Positions 63,975 through 64,000 of a stretch of 64,000 nt of DNA are shown here, in pieces (positions within the stretch are counted from its first letter, which is position 1; the number at the start of each line of letters is the position of its first letter). Below the pieces are notes generated by a model that saw nothing but the letters and a program-made list of their open reading frames with translations, was not told the DNA's origin and did no database searches. The translations under genes were made by a program, and so were the position numbers. The DNA comes from Acutalibacteraceae bacterium (GTDB taxonomy: Bacteria; Bacillota; Clostridia; Oscillospirales; Acutalibacteraceae): the NCBI GenBank assembly GCA_045595505.1, contig JAZOAO010000027.1, positions 84,717-148,716 of the forward strand, given 5' to 3'.

Positions 63975-64000
63975 TCTTGAAATCTTCCTTTATTCGATTG

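Noticed and set aside
1-64000. CRISPR arrays, tRNA/rRNA genes, IS elements/transposases
   Set aside because: I saw no regularly spaced 25-40-nt direct repeats, no tRNA-like GGTTCGAATCC/T-arm signatures, no rRNA-like conserved blocks and no transposase or integrase-like ORFs. This was a visual scan only, so tRNAscan-SE, Infernal and ISfinder should confirm it.

Overview
Low-GC Firmicutes chromosome segment, probably a Ruminococcus-type member of the Oscillospiraceae, because two secreted proteins carry dockerin-type Ca-binding repeats. I saw no rRNA, tRNA, CRISPR array, transposase or integrase by eye. Layout: (1) 1-10.3 kb holds glycan-utilisation genes (a GH3 beta-glucosidase that runs off the left edge and is missing from the ORF track, an Asp-box sialidase-like protein, a 1027-aa glycoside hydrolase-like protein), a Zn-ribbon membrane protein plus HxxxD acyltransferase pair, and an LRR-dockerin protein. 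(2) 10.4-19.9 kb is a core housekeeping block: rpmB, recA (with promoter and Cheo/LexA-like box), recX, rimO, pgsA, cysS, yhbY, a membrane-anchored protein and ppdK. (3) 20.0-26.6 kb is an AT-rich accessory island without recombinase. It begins with a co-directional xre-HTH / ImmA-IrrE metallopeptidase / PIN-like / dCTP deaminase unit that has an intrinsic terminator between xre and immA. A roughly 370-bp GC-rich non-coding unit follows. After that comes an array of unrelated ORFs, the last a PD-(D/E)xK-like nuclease. Most units are bracketed by homologous terminator hairpins and a repeated promoter/leader module with an exact TTGTACAA palindrome. I consider this island the best candidate for an undescribed, protease/repressor-switched defence or abortive-infection locus. 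(4) 26.7-37.8 kb holds an MFS transporter, a PAP2 phosphatase, TraX, an 1181-aa GLUG/dockerin/esterase surface protein, an ABC exporter, an orphan PqqD-like protein, a membrane protein and an alpha/beta hydrolase. (5) 38-64 kb is a large, mostly minus-strand, cell-surface polysaccharide super-locus. It combines an ABC-transporter (Wzm/Wzt) route with a Stealth phosphotransferase and an EpsG/Wzz-BY-kinase route. It encodes at least 10 glycosyltransferases, a split transketolase plus aldo/keto reductase, a pyruvyl transferase and a PP-loop protein. It also shows clear recombination scars: a 148-bp direct repeat flanking two GT genes, a GT2 5' relic, a duplicated leader and a frameshifted acetyltransferase.
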